DNA of 64,000 bases, from positions 704 through 64,703 of the forward strand of contig DASTDY010000058.1 of the NCBI GenBank assembly GCA_035710125.1, in the 5' to 3' direction. The notes beneath the pieces were generated by a model. The model had not been told where the DNA came from. It worked only from the letters and a program-made list of their open reading frames with translations, and made no database searches. Origin of the DNA: Candidatus Saccharimonadales bacterium (GTDB taxonomy: Bacteria > Patescibacteriota > Saccharimonadia > Saccharimonadales > EFPC-124). Position numbers and translations under genes: made by a program. Shown here piece after piece: positions 9,422 through 18,478 of the stretch (its first letter is position 1; every line of letters starts with the position of its first letter).

Positions 9422-10425
9422 TAGGCAACCTCCATGCCCGCTTCCATGCCATTTACTACAGTGTCTGTCCAAGCAGTTGAAGTGTTCGGATTAGTATCGT
9501 AGACATCGCTGTAGGGCACATACGAGGTACCTAGCGCACGAGTCGTCCCATAATAAAGCGTACTATTTATGAGCAACGCTGATTTGGCATTGCCGGTGCT
9601 GGCATCGCTTTTTGCCCCAATAAAATTATTCTGCACACCAAATATTTGCGTAACAGAAGGTAAGTCGGCGAGCACGTAGGTATCACGCTGGCCAACGGTC
9701 GGCGACCCAACATAGTCGGTAGTCGAGAACGGTTTTTCATCAACTAGCTGGAAGTTATCCACCTGGTTACCATCAGACCCCGTGAGTTGTGAATAGGTAC
9801 CGTTATTACTAGGCGAAAGGGCATGGATCCTGATATCCCCTAAGAACGTAGTATTGGAACTACCAGTGGAGTTAAGCACATACACGTCGTCAAAGCGCGC
9901 CGAAGAACCACTCGTTGACGTAATAAGTGCCACTTGATCAATGTTAGTACTTGTACCACCGTTTTTGGTATCGCCAGTAAAATCAATTTCGTTTGTCGTA
10001 GCACCATTTAGACGTACTTTTACAGTACCGCCCGAGTCCGCAACGGTTGCTTGCACTTCAAGATAATTCCATGTTAAAGGAGGAATGATTGTGGTTCCCC
10101 TAGCTAAGCTCGTACCAGCACCCGCCAACCCTCTGCGCGCATCAATGACACCCCCAGCGGTGCGCATAATACTAAGATGGGTCGTTGTCCCTGCATCGCC
10201 ACGAAAAGCAACACCACATTCACCTGCGGAAGAATAAAATGCAACACCTATTGTCACCTGCGCCGAGGGAGTTATTGAACGTGCCGCCGCGTCAGAAGTA
10301 CCTACCACGGCCACCATACCAGTCCCAAAACGAGTGGTCGACGAAGAGACAGAGGTAAAGCTACCAGGGATCCACTTTGTTGCTATGTCGCCGGCATCAA
10401 AACTATCCAAAAATAATAATGCCAT
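9421..10425 (-). CDS. tail-fibre-associated jelly-roll-like protein, paralogue B (function unknown)
   Basis: 334 aa. Starts directly after the stop of paralogue A. Shares MALLF[LM]D.FDAGD, QATVADSGGT.KVRLNGA.TNEIDFTGDTKNGGTST and TGSDGNQVDN.QLVDE blocks with 10426-11427. Confidence 0.6.
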   Translation of the reverse strand: MALLFLDSFDAGDIATKWIPGSFTSVSSSTTRFGTGMVAVVGTSDAAARSITPSAQVTIGVAFYSSAGECGVAFRGDAGTTTHLSIMRTAGGVIDARRGLAGAGTSLARGTTIIPPLTWNYLEVQATVADSGGTVKVRLNGATTNEIDFTGDTKNGGTSTNIDQVALITSTSGSSARFDDVYVLNSTGSSNTTFLGDIRIHALSPSNNGTYSQLTGSDGNQVDNFQLVDEKPFSTTDYVGSPTVGQRDTYVLADLPSVTQIFGVQNNFIGAKSDASTGNAKSALLINSTLYYGTTRALGTSYVPYSDVYDTNPNTSTAWTDTVVNGMEAGMEVA

Positions 10426-11427
10426 CTACACTACCTCCATTCCACCCTCAAGATTACTTATTTCAGACGACGTCCAGGGGAGTGATGTCACCGGACTGTT
10501 TTCATACATATCAGAATAGGTCTGCGCACTTGTCCCTAGAGACACTGGGGCACCGTAATACACAGATCCATTTGAACGTAGTGCAAATTTTATTGCCCTG
10601 GTCCCCGCTGTATTTTTTAAACTCATCACATTGCTCTGGATACCAAATATTTGATGGTACCCGTTTGGTAGGTTATCTAGCAAATATGTATCGCGTTGAC
10701 CAGATGTAGATGAGCCTACATAATCAGCCGTGCTATACGGTAGCTCATCGACAAGTTGATAATTGTCAACCTGATTACCGTCCGAGCCGGTGAACTGCGA
10801 GCTTGAACCATTACCATTCGGAGTTAATGTGTGAACTTGCACCGCACCTAAAAATGTAACATTATTCGTACCTATCGAATTAAGCGCATACATATTATCG
10901 ATCCGGTTGTTCGATGAGCCATTATCGATCCGAATAGCGTCTATAAGCGTACTAGTACCGCCGTTTTTAGTATCGCCAGTAAAATCAATTTCATTTGTCG
11001 ATGCGCCATTTAGGCGAACTTTTATGGTACCCCCCGAATCAGCCACAGTTGCTTGCATTTCTATGTAGTACCATGTACCCGCGCTTAACACTGTGGTGCC
11101 GGTTGCAAGTATTGTCCCACCCCTCCTAATTTCAAGGAGACCCGAAGAGTTATTGCGCATTACATTCGCATGCAATATTGTCCCGCCATCGGCCATAAAA
11201 TATACAGTTATTCTACTCGCGCTTACTACAGGCTGATAAGCCAAACCTACTGTTACCTGCGCTGATGGAGTAATTGGACGATAGATATCGGCAGAGGAGC
11301 TTAGCTCGACAGAGCGGCCCGAACCATAGGGCGTTATAGTGCTAGAGGTAACAATAGACGATGAAGCTGCACTCCACTTAACTAACACGTCCCCAGCATC
11401 GAACCCGTCCATGAATAATAACGCCAC
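10426..11427 (-). CDS. tail-fibre-associated jelly-roll-like protein, paralogue A (function unknown)
   Basis: 333 aa, separated by 1 nt from the upstream tail-fibre-like gene. Roughly half the residues are identical to paralogue B by eye. Confidence 0.6.
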   Translation of the reverse strand: MALLFMDGFDAGDVLVKWSAASSSIVTSSTITPYGSGRSVELSSSADIYRPITPSAQVTVGLAYQPVVSASRITVYFMADGGTILHANVMRNNSSGLLEIRRGGTILATGTTVLSAGTWYYIEMQATVADSGGTIKVRLNGASTNEIDFTGDTKNGGTSTLIDAIRIDNGSSNNRIDNMYALNSIGTNNVTFLGAVQVHTLTPNGNGSSSQFTGSDGNQVDNYQLVDELPYSTADYVGSSTSGQRDTYLLDNLPNGYHQIFGIQSNVMSLKNTAGTRAIKFALRSNGSVYYGAPVSLGTSAQTYSDMYENSPVTSLPWTSSEISNLEGGMEVV

Positions 11428-11428
11428 G

Positions 11429-12430
11429 TTATAGCACCTCTACTTGCACGGTAAGACTACTGCCCGCTACAGTACTTCCCGTTTGATCAATATCAACGGT
11501 TAAGTAGGAACCATCTGCCACTGTTGTTATATCCATGTTCGTTACCTTGCCCGAGGTGTTCGTAGAAGCAGCAATAGTAGGGCGGTTCGCCTGGTTAGTA
11601 AAAATTGTCGTACCATTAACGTTTACGTCTATTAAAATCGAAGCGCCAGTTGGTGCGGTACCCACACTAGCCCGTACACCCTGAATCGTCCAGGAAGAAC
11701 CCGAATCATTGTAAAGTCGGTGTGTGCCGCCCGCCGCCGACAGAGTACCTGTGTTCGAGAAAACATGCGTACGGGTAACAGTAGTACTCGGTAATTGGCC
11801 AGATGGCACTTTACCGCCCGAATCTAGCGACGCATACCCATTCGCTACCCCTTTATTGGCGGTCGCTTCTTTTGAGGCTAAATCTGAAACTAAGTTAGCA
11901 ACGGCAGACTCCGGAAACGCACCAGACGGCACAACCGGCGCTACGGTAAACGTTTTGGTGCCTCCAATGCTTTGGCTAGATGTAAGGTCGACAAAATTTT
12001 GTGTAGTAGACCCTGTACCTCCTTGGTCTACAGGCAGGGCACTTATTAGGTGTGTCGCAACAACAGTGGGCGCCGCGGCAGTTCCACCTAGGTCGTTCGT
12101 TAGTTGTACTGCACCCTTGGTACTCCCTGACGCATCGGGCGCAGTTGAAGATGTGGCCGCAATAGTAACATCCACCTTATTCCCAGGCGAATCATCTGCT
12201 GTGGTTATAGTGACATTGCTGCCTTCTATAAAATTAATGCGTTTGCGCGTGCCACTTAGAGTATCAGCTCGTGCAACCTCGATCTTTTGTACAGAAACAT
12301 CATTAGTGATAGCGCCGTTGACCGCCGAGCTTTTAAGAGCGCCATCATTTTCGTGGGATTGCGAAAGAAAGTCATTAAGCACAACACCCCAGGTATTTTC
12401 ATCGGCACCTATTGTTGGTAGTCTGCTCAT
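11429..12430 (-). CDS. phage tail-fibre / minor-tail-like protein
   Basis: Motifs LPTIGADENTWGVVLNDFL, KGAVQLTNDLGGTAAAPTV, LPVDQGGTGSTT and ANGYASLDSGGKVPSGQLP are typical of tail-fibre proteins of phages of Gram-positive/actinobacterial hosts. A 190-nt AT-rich region lies upstream. Confidence 0.7.
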   Translation of the reverse strand: MSRLPTIGADENTWGVVLNDFLSQSHENDGALKSSAVNGAITNDVSVQKIEVARADTLSGTRKRINFIEGSNVTITTADDSPGNKVDVTIAATSSTAPDASGSTKGAVQLTNDLGGTAAAPTVVATHLISALPVDQGGTGSTTQNFVDLTSSQSIGGTKTFTVAPVVPSGAFPESAVANLVSDLASKEATANKGVANGYASLDSGGKVPSGQLPSTTVTRTHVFSNTGTLSAAGGTHRLYNDSGSSWTIQGVRASVGTAPTGASILIDVNVNGTTIFTNQANRPTIAASTNTSGKVTNMDITTVADGSYLTVDIDQTGSTVAGSSLTVQVEVL

Positions 12431-12623
12431 ACATTTACTTCATTTGTTAGACCTATCTCATAAAACAGGTAATAATCATGACAGCTAGGTCTTACTGCTA
12501 TTACTAATAATTATAAGGTAATGGTTATAAAATGTAGTAACTTTATTTAAGTAAATGATGCCAAAAGTTAAATAACTATCATTTTATAGAGGCCAGTTCT
12601 ACAAGGTTAGCCTAAACCAACAG

Positions 12624-12902
12624 CTACTTACCGCGTCGCTCCAGCGACTGTTGCACAGCAGATGTAATACCGTCTAAAAAAGGTACAAATTGCAACGCAG
12701 AGAGTACCCAAAGCAGCAATGCAACGATCAAGGTGCCGCCAATAACGCTCCCGGCACCAAAAAATAGGCCACGCCAAAAGTTCATTACATAAAGCTGGTT
12801 GCGATGCTTGTAGTAATCGTCGAACAAATCCTCTAGGACCGCACGCGGCGCTCCTTTTATTTGAGAATCTTTTATATCTTTGGCGATTTTTTTAACGCCC
12901 AT
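12624..12902 (-). CDS. small membrane protein
   Basis: 92 aa with a hydrophobic core FWRGLFFGAGSVIGGTLIVALLLWVLSAL. Family not confidently recognised. Confidence 0.5.
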   Translation of the reverse strand: MGVKKIAKDIKDSQIKGAPRAVLEDLFDDYYKHRNQLYVMNFWRGLFFGAGSVIGGTLIVALLLWVLSALQFVPFLDGITSAVQQSLERRGK

Positions 12903-12914
12903 TAACCTACTCGT

Positions 12915-13253
12915 TTAATGCTTTCTGGCTTCTTCTTTGGCACGACGCTTAGTGTCTTCGGTTGCCTCTTCGGTGCGGCCTCGGAGTTCGTCGGCTTTGT
13001 GCTTTGCGTTGCTTGCAAGTGCTTCTGCTTTCTCTTTAAGGTCTTCGGCGCGGTCTTTGGCGTCACCAACAACTTTATCGGTACGCTTTTTTAGCTCCTC
13101 GGCCTTACGTGAGGCATCTTTTTTGGCAGCCTCTGCCTTTGTTTTTAGTTCGGCGCGAGTATCTTTACCGCTTTTAGGCGCAGTAAGCAGTCCAGTAACA
13201 ACACCGGCTACTGCCCCAATAATCAAACCAAGGCCAAATCGCTTTTTAGACAT
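12915..13253 (-). CDS. YtxH-domain protein (general-stress-type, coiled-coil)
   Basis: N-terminus GLGLIIGAVAGVVTGLLTAPKSGKDTR followed by a Lys/Glu/Ala-rich helix. Confidence 0.7.
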   Translation of the reverse strand: MSKKRFGLGLIIGAVAGVVTGLLTAPKSGKDTRAELKTKAEAAKKDASRKAEELKKRTDKVVGDAKDRAEDLKEKAEALASNAKHKADELRGRTEEATEDTKRRAKEEARKH

Positions 13254-13255
13254 AT

Positions 13256-13522
13256 TTATTTCTCCTTTTCGTCTTTATTACGGCGCTTCATAAATCCTTG
13301 CAGTGTCTCCATAACAAAACGCGAAATCATAGCAGGCGCAGCAGTCTTGCCAATAAGGGACGCGATGTTTTCAAAATGCGACACAGTGCGTTGGGCAGCC
13401 TCTGTTACCGCTTTAATGCGCTTGGCAATAATTATCAGGTAAACAACTAGGACAATAGCTAGCAGTAAAAATATACCCAGAGCTGTCGATAAAAACACAA
13501 CTAGTATTTCAGTAGACGTCAT
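13256..13522 (-). CDS. DUF948-like small membrane protein
   Basis: A single N-terminal TM followed by a helical tail. Placed next to the YtxH gene, as in Firmicutes stress clusters. Confidence 0.45.
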   Translation of the reverse strand: MTSTEILVVFLSTALGIFLLLAIVLVVYLIIIAKRIKAVTEAAQRTVSHFENIASLIGKTAAPAMISRFVMETLQGFMKRRNKDEKEK

Positions 13523-13582
13523 AAGAAATCCGGTTCCTGTTTATTTATTTTTAGTATAACAGAAACACTAAGGATACAAAGC

Positions 13583-13840
13583 TTACGGTTTTGAGCCTTT
13601 AAATAATCGGGTGACTCCAAGCAGAACCACCGAACCAACAACGGCTACAAACAAGCTCCATAAATTGAAACCTGTCACGTCGGAGCCGCCAATAAGGCTA
13701 AACAAGAAACCACCAAGTAACCCGCCGATTATTCCTACTGCAATGTTTGCGCCAAGCCCCATAGATTCATCGCGGCCAGTCAAAATAGAAGCAATCCAAC
13801 CTGCAATGCCGCCTAAAACGATCCAACCAAATATCCCCAT
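13583..13840 (-). CDS. GlsB/YeaQ/YmgE-family (transglycosylase-associated) stress membrane protein
   Basis: MGIFGWIVLGGIAGWIASILTGR...GIIGGLLGGFLFSLIGG is the family signature. SD AAGGGGG lies upstream. Confidence 0.8.
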   Translation of the reverse strand: MGIFGWIVLGGIAGWIASILTGRDESMGLGANIAVGIIGGLLGGFLFSLIGGSDVTGFNLWSLFVAVVGSVVLLGVTRLFKGSKP

Positions 13841-13915
13841 ATTCCCCCTTTGCCTTTATGTTTATATGATACACTCAGGCTTCGTATAGAATAGGAGATT
13901 TCTTACAAGTTTTAA

Positions 13916-14812
13916 CTATTCGCAAATGGCCTTTTTAAGATGCTCACGGAACGCCTCGCCGATGTCCTCGCGGCGAAGGGCAAAATCTACTACTGTCTTC
14001 ATGTACTCTAGCTTATCGCCGGCGTCATAGTAACGCCCGTTAGTGATTTCGGCAGCAATCAATCGTTTGCCGTCATCCAACATTATTTTTAGCGCATCGT
14101 TATAATATAACTCTGCGCCCTCTTCCATGCTGTTTTGGGCTTTGTGCAGATAGCTAAAAATGTCTGGTGTAAGCAAAAAACCGCTCACAGTTGCCAGGTT
14201 GGATGGCGCTTTGTCTTTGCCTGGCTTTTCTATAACAGCCGTGCAGTCAATGACACCTGGCTCTAGCTGGGTGCCGGCTGCGAAACCATAGCGCGCATAA
14301 TCAGCATCTGATTTTGCTTGGATACCTGCAAGCACCGGCGCGTTGTACTTGGCATACAGATCTATAATTTGCTGGAACCGTGATGGTGTGGCGTCGATAA
14401 AATCGTCGCTCCAGGTGTAAATAAATGGTTCATCGCCTATCAAGTGCTCTACATTCAACAATGGCGTACCGTTGCCATAGGGCCCTTTTTGGCGCACGTA
14501 TACAAAATTTGCCATTTGGGACACCTGATCCACCATTTTAAGCAATGGTTCTTTTTTAGGCCCGCCCATTTTTAGGTTGGCCACTAAGTCGGCAGTTGGT
14601 GCGTCAAAATGGTCTTCTATGGCCCGCTTGGCTTGGCCGGTCACAATAATGATGTCTTTGATTCCGACAGACACGAGTTCTTCTACCACATGCTGGATAA
14701 TTGGTTTGTCTACCAATGGCAGCATCTCTTTAGGCATTGCTTTGGTCTGAGGCAAAAAACGAGTTCCGAAGCCAGCGGCAGCTATGACGGCCTTTGTTGG
14801 TAATTTGGTCAT
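13916..14812 (-). CDS. galU: UTP--glucose-1-phosphate uridylyltransferase
   Basis: KAVIAAAGFGTRFLPQTKAMPKEMLPLVDKPIIQHVVEE is the nucleotidyltransferase signature. 298 aa. Confidence 0.9.
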   Translation of the reverse strand: MTKLPTKAVIAAAGFGTRFLPQTKAMPKEMLPLVDKPIIQHVVEELVSVGIKDIIIVTGQAKRAIEDHFDAPTADLVANLKMGGPKKEPLLKMVDQVSQMANFVYVRQKGPYGNGTPLLNVEHLIGDEPFIYTWSDDFIDATPSRFQQIIDLYAKYNAPVLAGIQAKSDADYARYGFAAGTQLEPGVIDCTAVIEKPGKDKAPSNLATVSGFLLTPDIFSYLHKAQNSMEEGAELYYNDALKIMLDDGKRLIAAEITNGRYYDAGDKLEYMKTVVDFALRREDIGEAFREHLKKAICE

Positions 14813-14843
14813 TTGTATATACTCCCTTTCTTTCGGAATGTGC

Positions 14844-16325
14844 TTACTGCACCCCGAGTTGTTTACGAATTATCTCGCTTAATTTGGCGGGGTTCGCCTT
14901 GCCTTTACTAGCCTTCATGGCCTGGCCCACCAAAAAACCAATCGCTTTCATTTCTCCTTTTATTACATCTTGCACCGCTTTCTGGTTTGCAGGTTCAGCT
15001 AGTACACCCGTAATGATTGCGTCTATGGCTTCTAGGTTATTTTCTTGTACAAAGCCTAATTCCTCGGCGAAATTTTTTACATTTGCGTCAGGCTTATGGC
15101 GGAGCGCGGCAAGCAGCGCATCGGCATTATTGGAATTTAGCTCGCCCGCTTTGCGCATTGCAAACACCTGTGCAAAGGCCTGTGCACTGGCTAACTTGCC
15201 GGCGTCTTTGCCTTCTTTTACAACAGATTCTACGTACGCAACATCGCGGTTTGCAATGTAGTTTGCAGCGAATACGGCGGCTTTAGGGTCATCTTGCGAA
15301 AGCACGGTCTGTACATACGTGGTACCGGTTAGGGCATCCCGTAAAATAAGGGTTTCGGCCGTTTTTTGGTCGATACCCTTGGCCTGGATTTCGGCCCTCA
15401 GCTCTGGGGGCAATTTAGGCATGTCCGCTTTAATACTTTCTATTTGGGCGGGAGTAAGTTCAACCGGGGGCACATCGGGTTCCGGAAAATACCTATAATC
15501 TTGTGCGTCTTCCTTGCTGCGCTGCGAAGTAGTCTTTTGTTTGGCTTCGTTCCAACCCCGTGTTTCTTGCACGACTTGTTCGCCTTTTTCGAGCAACTCA
15601 ATCTGCCGCGAAATCTCGTATTCAACAGCCCGTTCGACTGCGCGGAACGAGTTAAGGTTCTTGGTTTCTGTGCGTGTGCCCAGTGTAGCTGCACCTTTTT
15701 TAGCCACCGACACATTTACATCAAAACGCATGTTACCACGCGACAGGTCACCGAGTGTGACTCCGGCGTATTTCATGAGCAAATACAGCTCTTGCGCGTA
15801 CGATTTTGCTTGCAGTGCACTGTGCATATCTGGCTGGCTCACAATTTCGAGCAACGGCGTGCCTGCACGGTTAAAATCAACCAATGAATAGTCAGCCCCC
15901 GCTGGATGCGTTGACTTGCCGGCGTCTTCTTCTAGGTGGGCGTGGTGGATCCGTACTTTGAGTAAATCGTCACCCACCGGCACGCTAATCTCGCCAGCAA
16001 GCACAATTGGCCGGTCGAGCTGGGTGATCTGATAGCCTTTTGGTAAATCGGGATAAAAATAATGCTTGCGGTCAAAACTACTCACCAGGGCAATCTGGGC
16101 ATTCATAGCAAGCCCAGCGCGCACTGCTAAATCTAAGGCTTTTTTGTTAAGGACCGGCAGAGTTCCTGGCAGGCCAAAACAAAGTGGCGAGGTGACACTG
16201 TTTGGTGCTTTGTCTCGATCGTCGTTATCTACACCAGCAAACAGTTTAGTCTTAGTATTAAACTGAACATGGCATTCGATACCGATTGTTGGTTCATACG
16301 TGGCGGCTACTTCTTTACTAACCAT
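14844..16325 (-). CDS. gatB: Asp/Glu-tRNA(Asn/Gln) amidotransferase subunit B
   Basis: YEPTIGIECHVQFNTKTKLF, HHAHLEEDAGK and a C-terminal YqeY-like tail. Its ATG overlaps the upstream stop (TAATG at 16323-16327). Confidence 0.95.
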   Translation of the reverse strand: MVSKEVAATYEPTIGIECHVQFNTKTKLFAGVDNDDRDKAPNSVTSPLCFGLPGTLPVLNKKALDLAVRAGLAMNAQIALVSSFDRKHYFYPDLPKGYQITQLDRPIVLAGEISVPVGDDLLKVRIHHAHLEEDAGKSTHPAGADYSLVDFNRAGTPLLEIVSQPDMHSALQAKSYAQELYLLMKYAGVTLGDLSRGNMRFDVNVSVAKKGAATLGTRTETKNLNSFRAVERAVEYEISRQIELLEKGEQVVQETRGWNEAKQKTTSQRSKEDAQDYRYFPEPDVPPVELTPAQIESIKADMPKLPPELRAEIQAKGIDQKTAETLILRDALTGTTYVQTVLSQDDPKAAVFAANYIANRDVAYVESVVKEGKDAGKLASAQAFAQVFAMRKAGELNSNNADALLAALRHKPDANVKNFAEELGFVQENNLEAIDAIITGVLAEPANQKAVQDVIKGEMKAIGFLVGQAMKASKGKANPAKLSEIIRKQLGVQ

Positions 16326-16741
16326 TACATCGCTCCCAAATCTCTTAGGCCCGCCCTAAAACCACGCAAAGCTTGGTCGACTGAATACGCATTAAGCGGT
16401 ACATTTTGTTCGTGCGCTAGGCGGTTACGGAGTTTGTGTGCTTCCCACACGGCATTATTGTTCATAAAACTACCACGGGCGTTTTTAAGACGGTCGCCCA
16501 TTGTTTGGCCCGGGATCCCCCGATTTTTAAGCGCATGGTCGAGCAGTTTGTCTGCTTCAAAAATAGCTAACTGCCACCCTGCACTGCCCTGCGACTTAAA
16601 CGACTCAATCTTTTGCCATTGCTTTTTAAAGTATTCGTGGTCCAAACCGCTCCGGCGCTTGTTAAGCCCCCCGATGAGTGCAAAAAGCACCACAGCAACA
16701 ATAAGTACAACGGCGAGCATGACTAATGGCAGGTTATCCAC
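16325..16741 (-). CDS. membrane-anchored DUF4145/HEPN-like protein inserted between gatA and gatB
   Basis: N-terminal TM LPLVMLAVVLIVAVVLFALIGGL, then a helical domain ending AVWEAHKLRNRLAHE (Rx4H). Overlaps gatA by 8 nt and gatB by 1 nt. Confidence 0.5.
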   Translation of the reverse strand: MDNLPLVMLAVVLIVAVVLFALIGGLNKRRSGLDHEYFKKQWQKIESFKSQGSAGWQLAIFEADKLLDHALKNRGIPGQTMGDRLKNARGSFMNNNAVWEAHKLRNRLAHEQNVPLNAYSVDQALRGFRAGLRDLGAM

Positions 16742-18149
16742 GAACAGGTCCTTTCTCTAGTTGTTCGGCTACATCAAATAAAAGGCTGTCGCTTTTTTGA
16801 GCGCCAATAAGCTGTAGGCCGATTGGTAATTTCTTAGCATCTTCGCCCGCAGGCACGCTAAACGCGGGTAGTCCGGCTAGGCTTGCGGCCACCGTCATAA
16901 CATCTGCTAAATACATTTGGAGCGGGTCAGCTGTGTGCTCGCCTAGCTTAAAGGCTGTCGTAGGCGCAACCGGGCCAATCAGCACATCGTACCCTTCGTT
17001 AAAAACGGCCGCAAACTCGTTAATAAGTTTAGTCCGCACGGTTTGCGCCTTGCGGTAGTAGGCATCTATGAAACCACTGCTTAGCACGTACGTGCCTATT
17101 AAAATCCGGCGCTTGTTCTCGGCATTAAAACCTTGGTCGCGGGTTTTTCCATAAATATCTTGTAGGTCTTTTGCGTCGCTCGCGCTAAAGCCAAACTTTA
17201 TGCCGTCGTACCTACCGAGGTTGCTACTGATTTCTGCCGGCACAACAATATAATAAATTGCGAGCGCAGCCTCTACCGTAGGAACGCTTACGTCTTCTAC
17301 GGTGTGGCCGAGTGCACGAAGTTCTTCTGCCTTTTTGATTACTGCTTCTTTTACCTCTGGCTGAACGGCGTCGGTCATGTATTCTTTAATGATACCAATT
17401 TTTAGAGGTTCGCCGTGTGCCACCGCCGGCAAGCCCTTGCCAGGGAGCGTGGTGCTGTCTAGCGGATCCTGGCCAGCAATTATATGTGTAACTTGCCGCG
17501 CGTCTTCAACGCAGCTTGCCAATGGGCCAATTACATCTGTACTGCTCGCCATGGCGACTACTCCAAACCGAGAGACCGTGCCGTATGTAGGCTTAATACC
17601 CACCACGCCGCAAAAACTCGCAGGCTGGCGGATAGATCCACCTGTGTCACTGCCCAACGCAAAAGGTACAATCCCGAGCGCAACCACCGCGGCAGAGCCA
17701 CCCGAGCTACCGCCAGGCACCCGTGTCGCATCGTGCGGGTTCTTTGTGGCGCCAAAATCGCTATTTTCTGTACTGCCACCATGCGCAAATGCATCTAGGT
17801 TAGCTTTTGCCACCACGATAGCACCCTCGGCCTCGAGCTTCTGCACGGCAGTCGACTGATACGGAGCCTCAAACCCTCTTAAAATGTTACTTGCGGCAGT
17901 TGTTTCGCCACCAAACACCAAAAAATTATCTTTTACAATAAATGGTACGCCGGCTAGCTCGCCTACAGGTTCACCTGCCTTTATTTTGGCATCGATAATA
18001 TCTGCGCGTGCAAGCGCCGCATCCGTAAGTACACTTAAGGTAGCGTTGTATTCTTTTGCGTCGGCGATTTTTTGCAACGTTTCTTCTATAACAGCGCGGA
18101 CTGTGCGACCTTTAGCAATCTGGGCTTTAATATCAGCAATCGTAATCAT
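16734..18149 (-). CDS. gatA: Glu-tRNA(Gln) amidotransferase subunit A
   Basis: Amidase signature GGSSGGSAAVVA...GSDTGGSIRQPASFCG. 471 aa. Confidence 0.95.
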   Translation of the reverse strand: MITIADIKAQIAKGRTVRAVIEETLQKIADAKEYNATLSVLTDAALARADIIDAKIKAGEPVGELAGVPFIVKDNFLVFGGETTAASNILRGFEAPYQSTAVQKLEAEGAIVVAKANLDAFAHGGSTENSDFGATKNPHDATRVPGGSSGGSAAVVALGIVPFALGSDTGGSIRQPASFCGVVGIKPTYGTVSRFGVVAMASSTDVIGPLASCVEDARQVTHIIAGQDPLDSTTLPGKGLPAVAHGEPLKIGIIKEYMTDAVQPEVKEAVIKKAEELRALGHTVEDVSVPTVEAALAIYYIVVPAEISSNLGRYDGIKFGFSASDAKDLQDIYGKTRDQGFNAENKRRILIGTYVLSSGFIDAYYRKAQTVRTKLINEFAAVFNEGYDVLIGPVAPTTAFKLGEHTADPLQMYLADVMTVAASLAGLPAFSVPAGEDAKKLPIGLQLIGAQKSDSLLFDVAEQLEKGPVRG

Positions 18150-18439
18150 AGTACCTTCGGAACCTCAATGTAGCCGCCAGCGTGAGTATGTGGTGCGTTT
18201 TTTAAGAGTGAATCGCGCGAGGTGCCATAGTTAATAATTGCGTCATCGCGCGATACATTCTTTAAGCCTGTTACCTGGTAGGTGGGCTCGAGGCCGGTTG
18301 TATCAATGGCCTCGAGCTTTTGCACATACCCTAAAATCGTCCCAAGCTCTTTAGTAAGTTGAGTTGCCTCTTGATCAGTTATGGCAATTTTGGCCAACGA
18401 CGCCACGTATCTGACGTCTTTAAGAGTAATGTCGTTCAT
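18146..18439 (-). CDS. gatC: Asp/Glu-tRNA amidotransferase subunit C
   Basis: 97 aa. VRYVASLAKIAITDQEATQLTKELGTILGYVQKLEAIDT. Overlaps gatA by 4 nt. Confidence 0.9.
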   Translation of the reverse strand: MNDITLKDVRYVASLAKIAITDQEATQLTKELGTILGYVQKLEAIDTTGLEPTYQVTGLKNVSRDDAIINYGTSRDSLLKNAPHTHAGGYIEVPKVL

Positions 18440-18478
18440 TGCCTTTCGAGTATACCAAAGAGTGGTTATATTTAGCAG

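Noticed and set aside
11724-12488. A 254-aa plus-strand ORF antisense to the tail-fibre-like gene.
   Set aside because: Its translation is low-complexity and Pro/Ser/Val-rich. The minus-strand frame carries recognisable tail-fibre motifs.
7285-12623. The possibility that this accessory block is an intact prophage or genomic island.
   Set aside because: There is no integrase, terminase, portal, capsid, tape-measure or lysis gene. No flanking tRNA or direct repeat is visible, and the composition looks native. Only receptor-binding-type genes are present.
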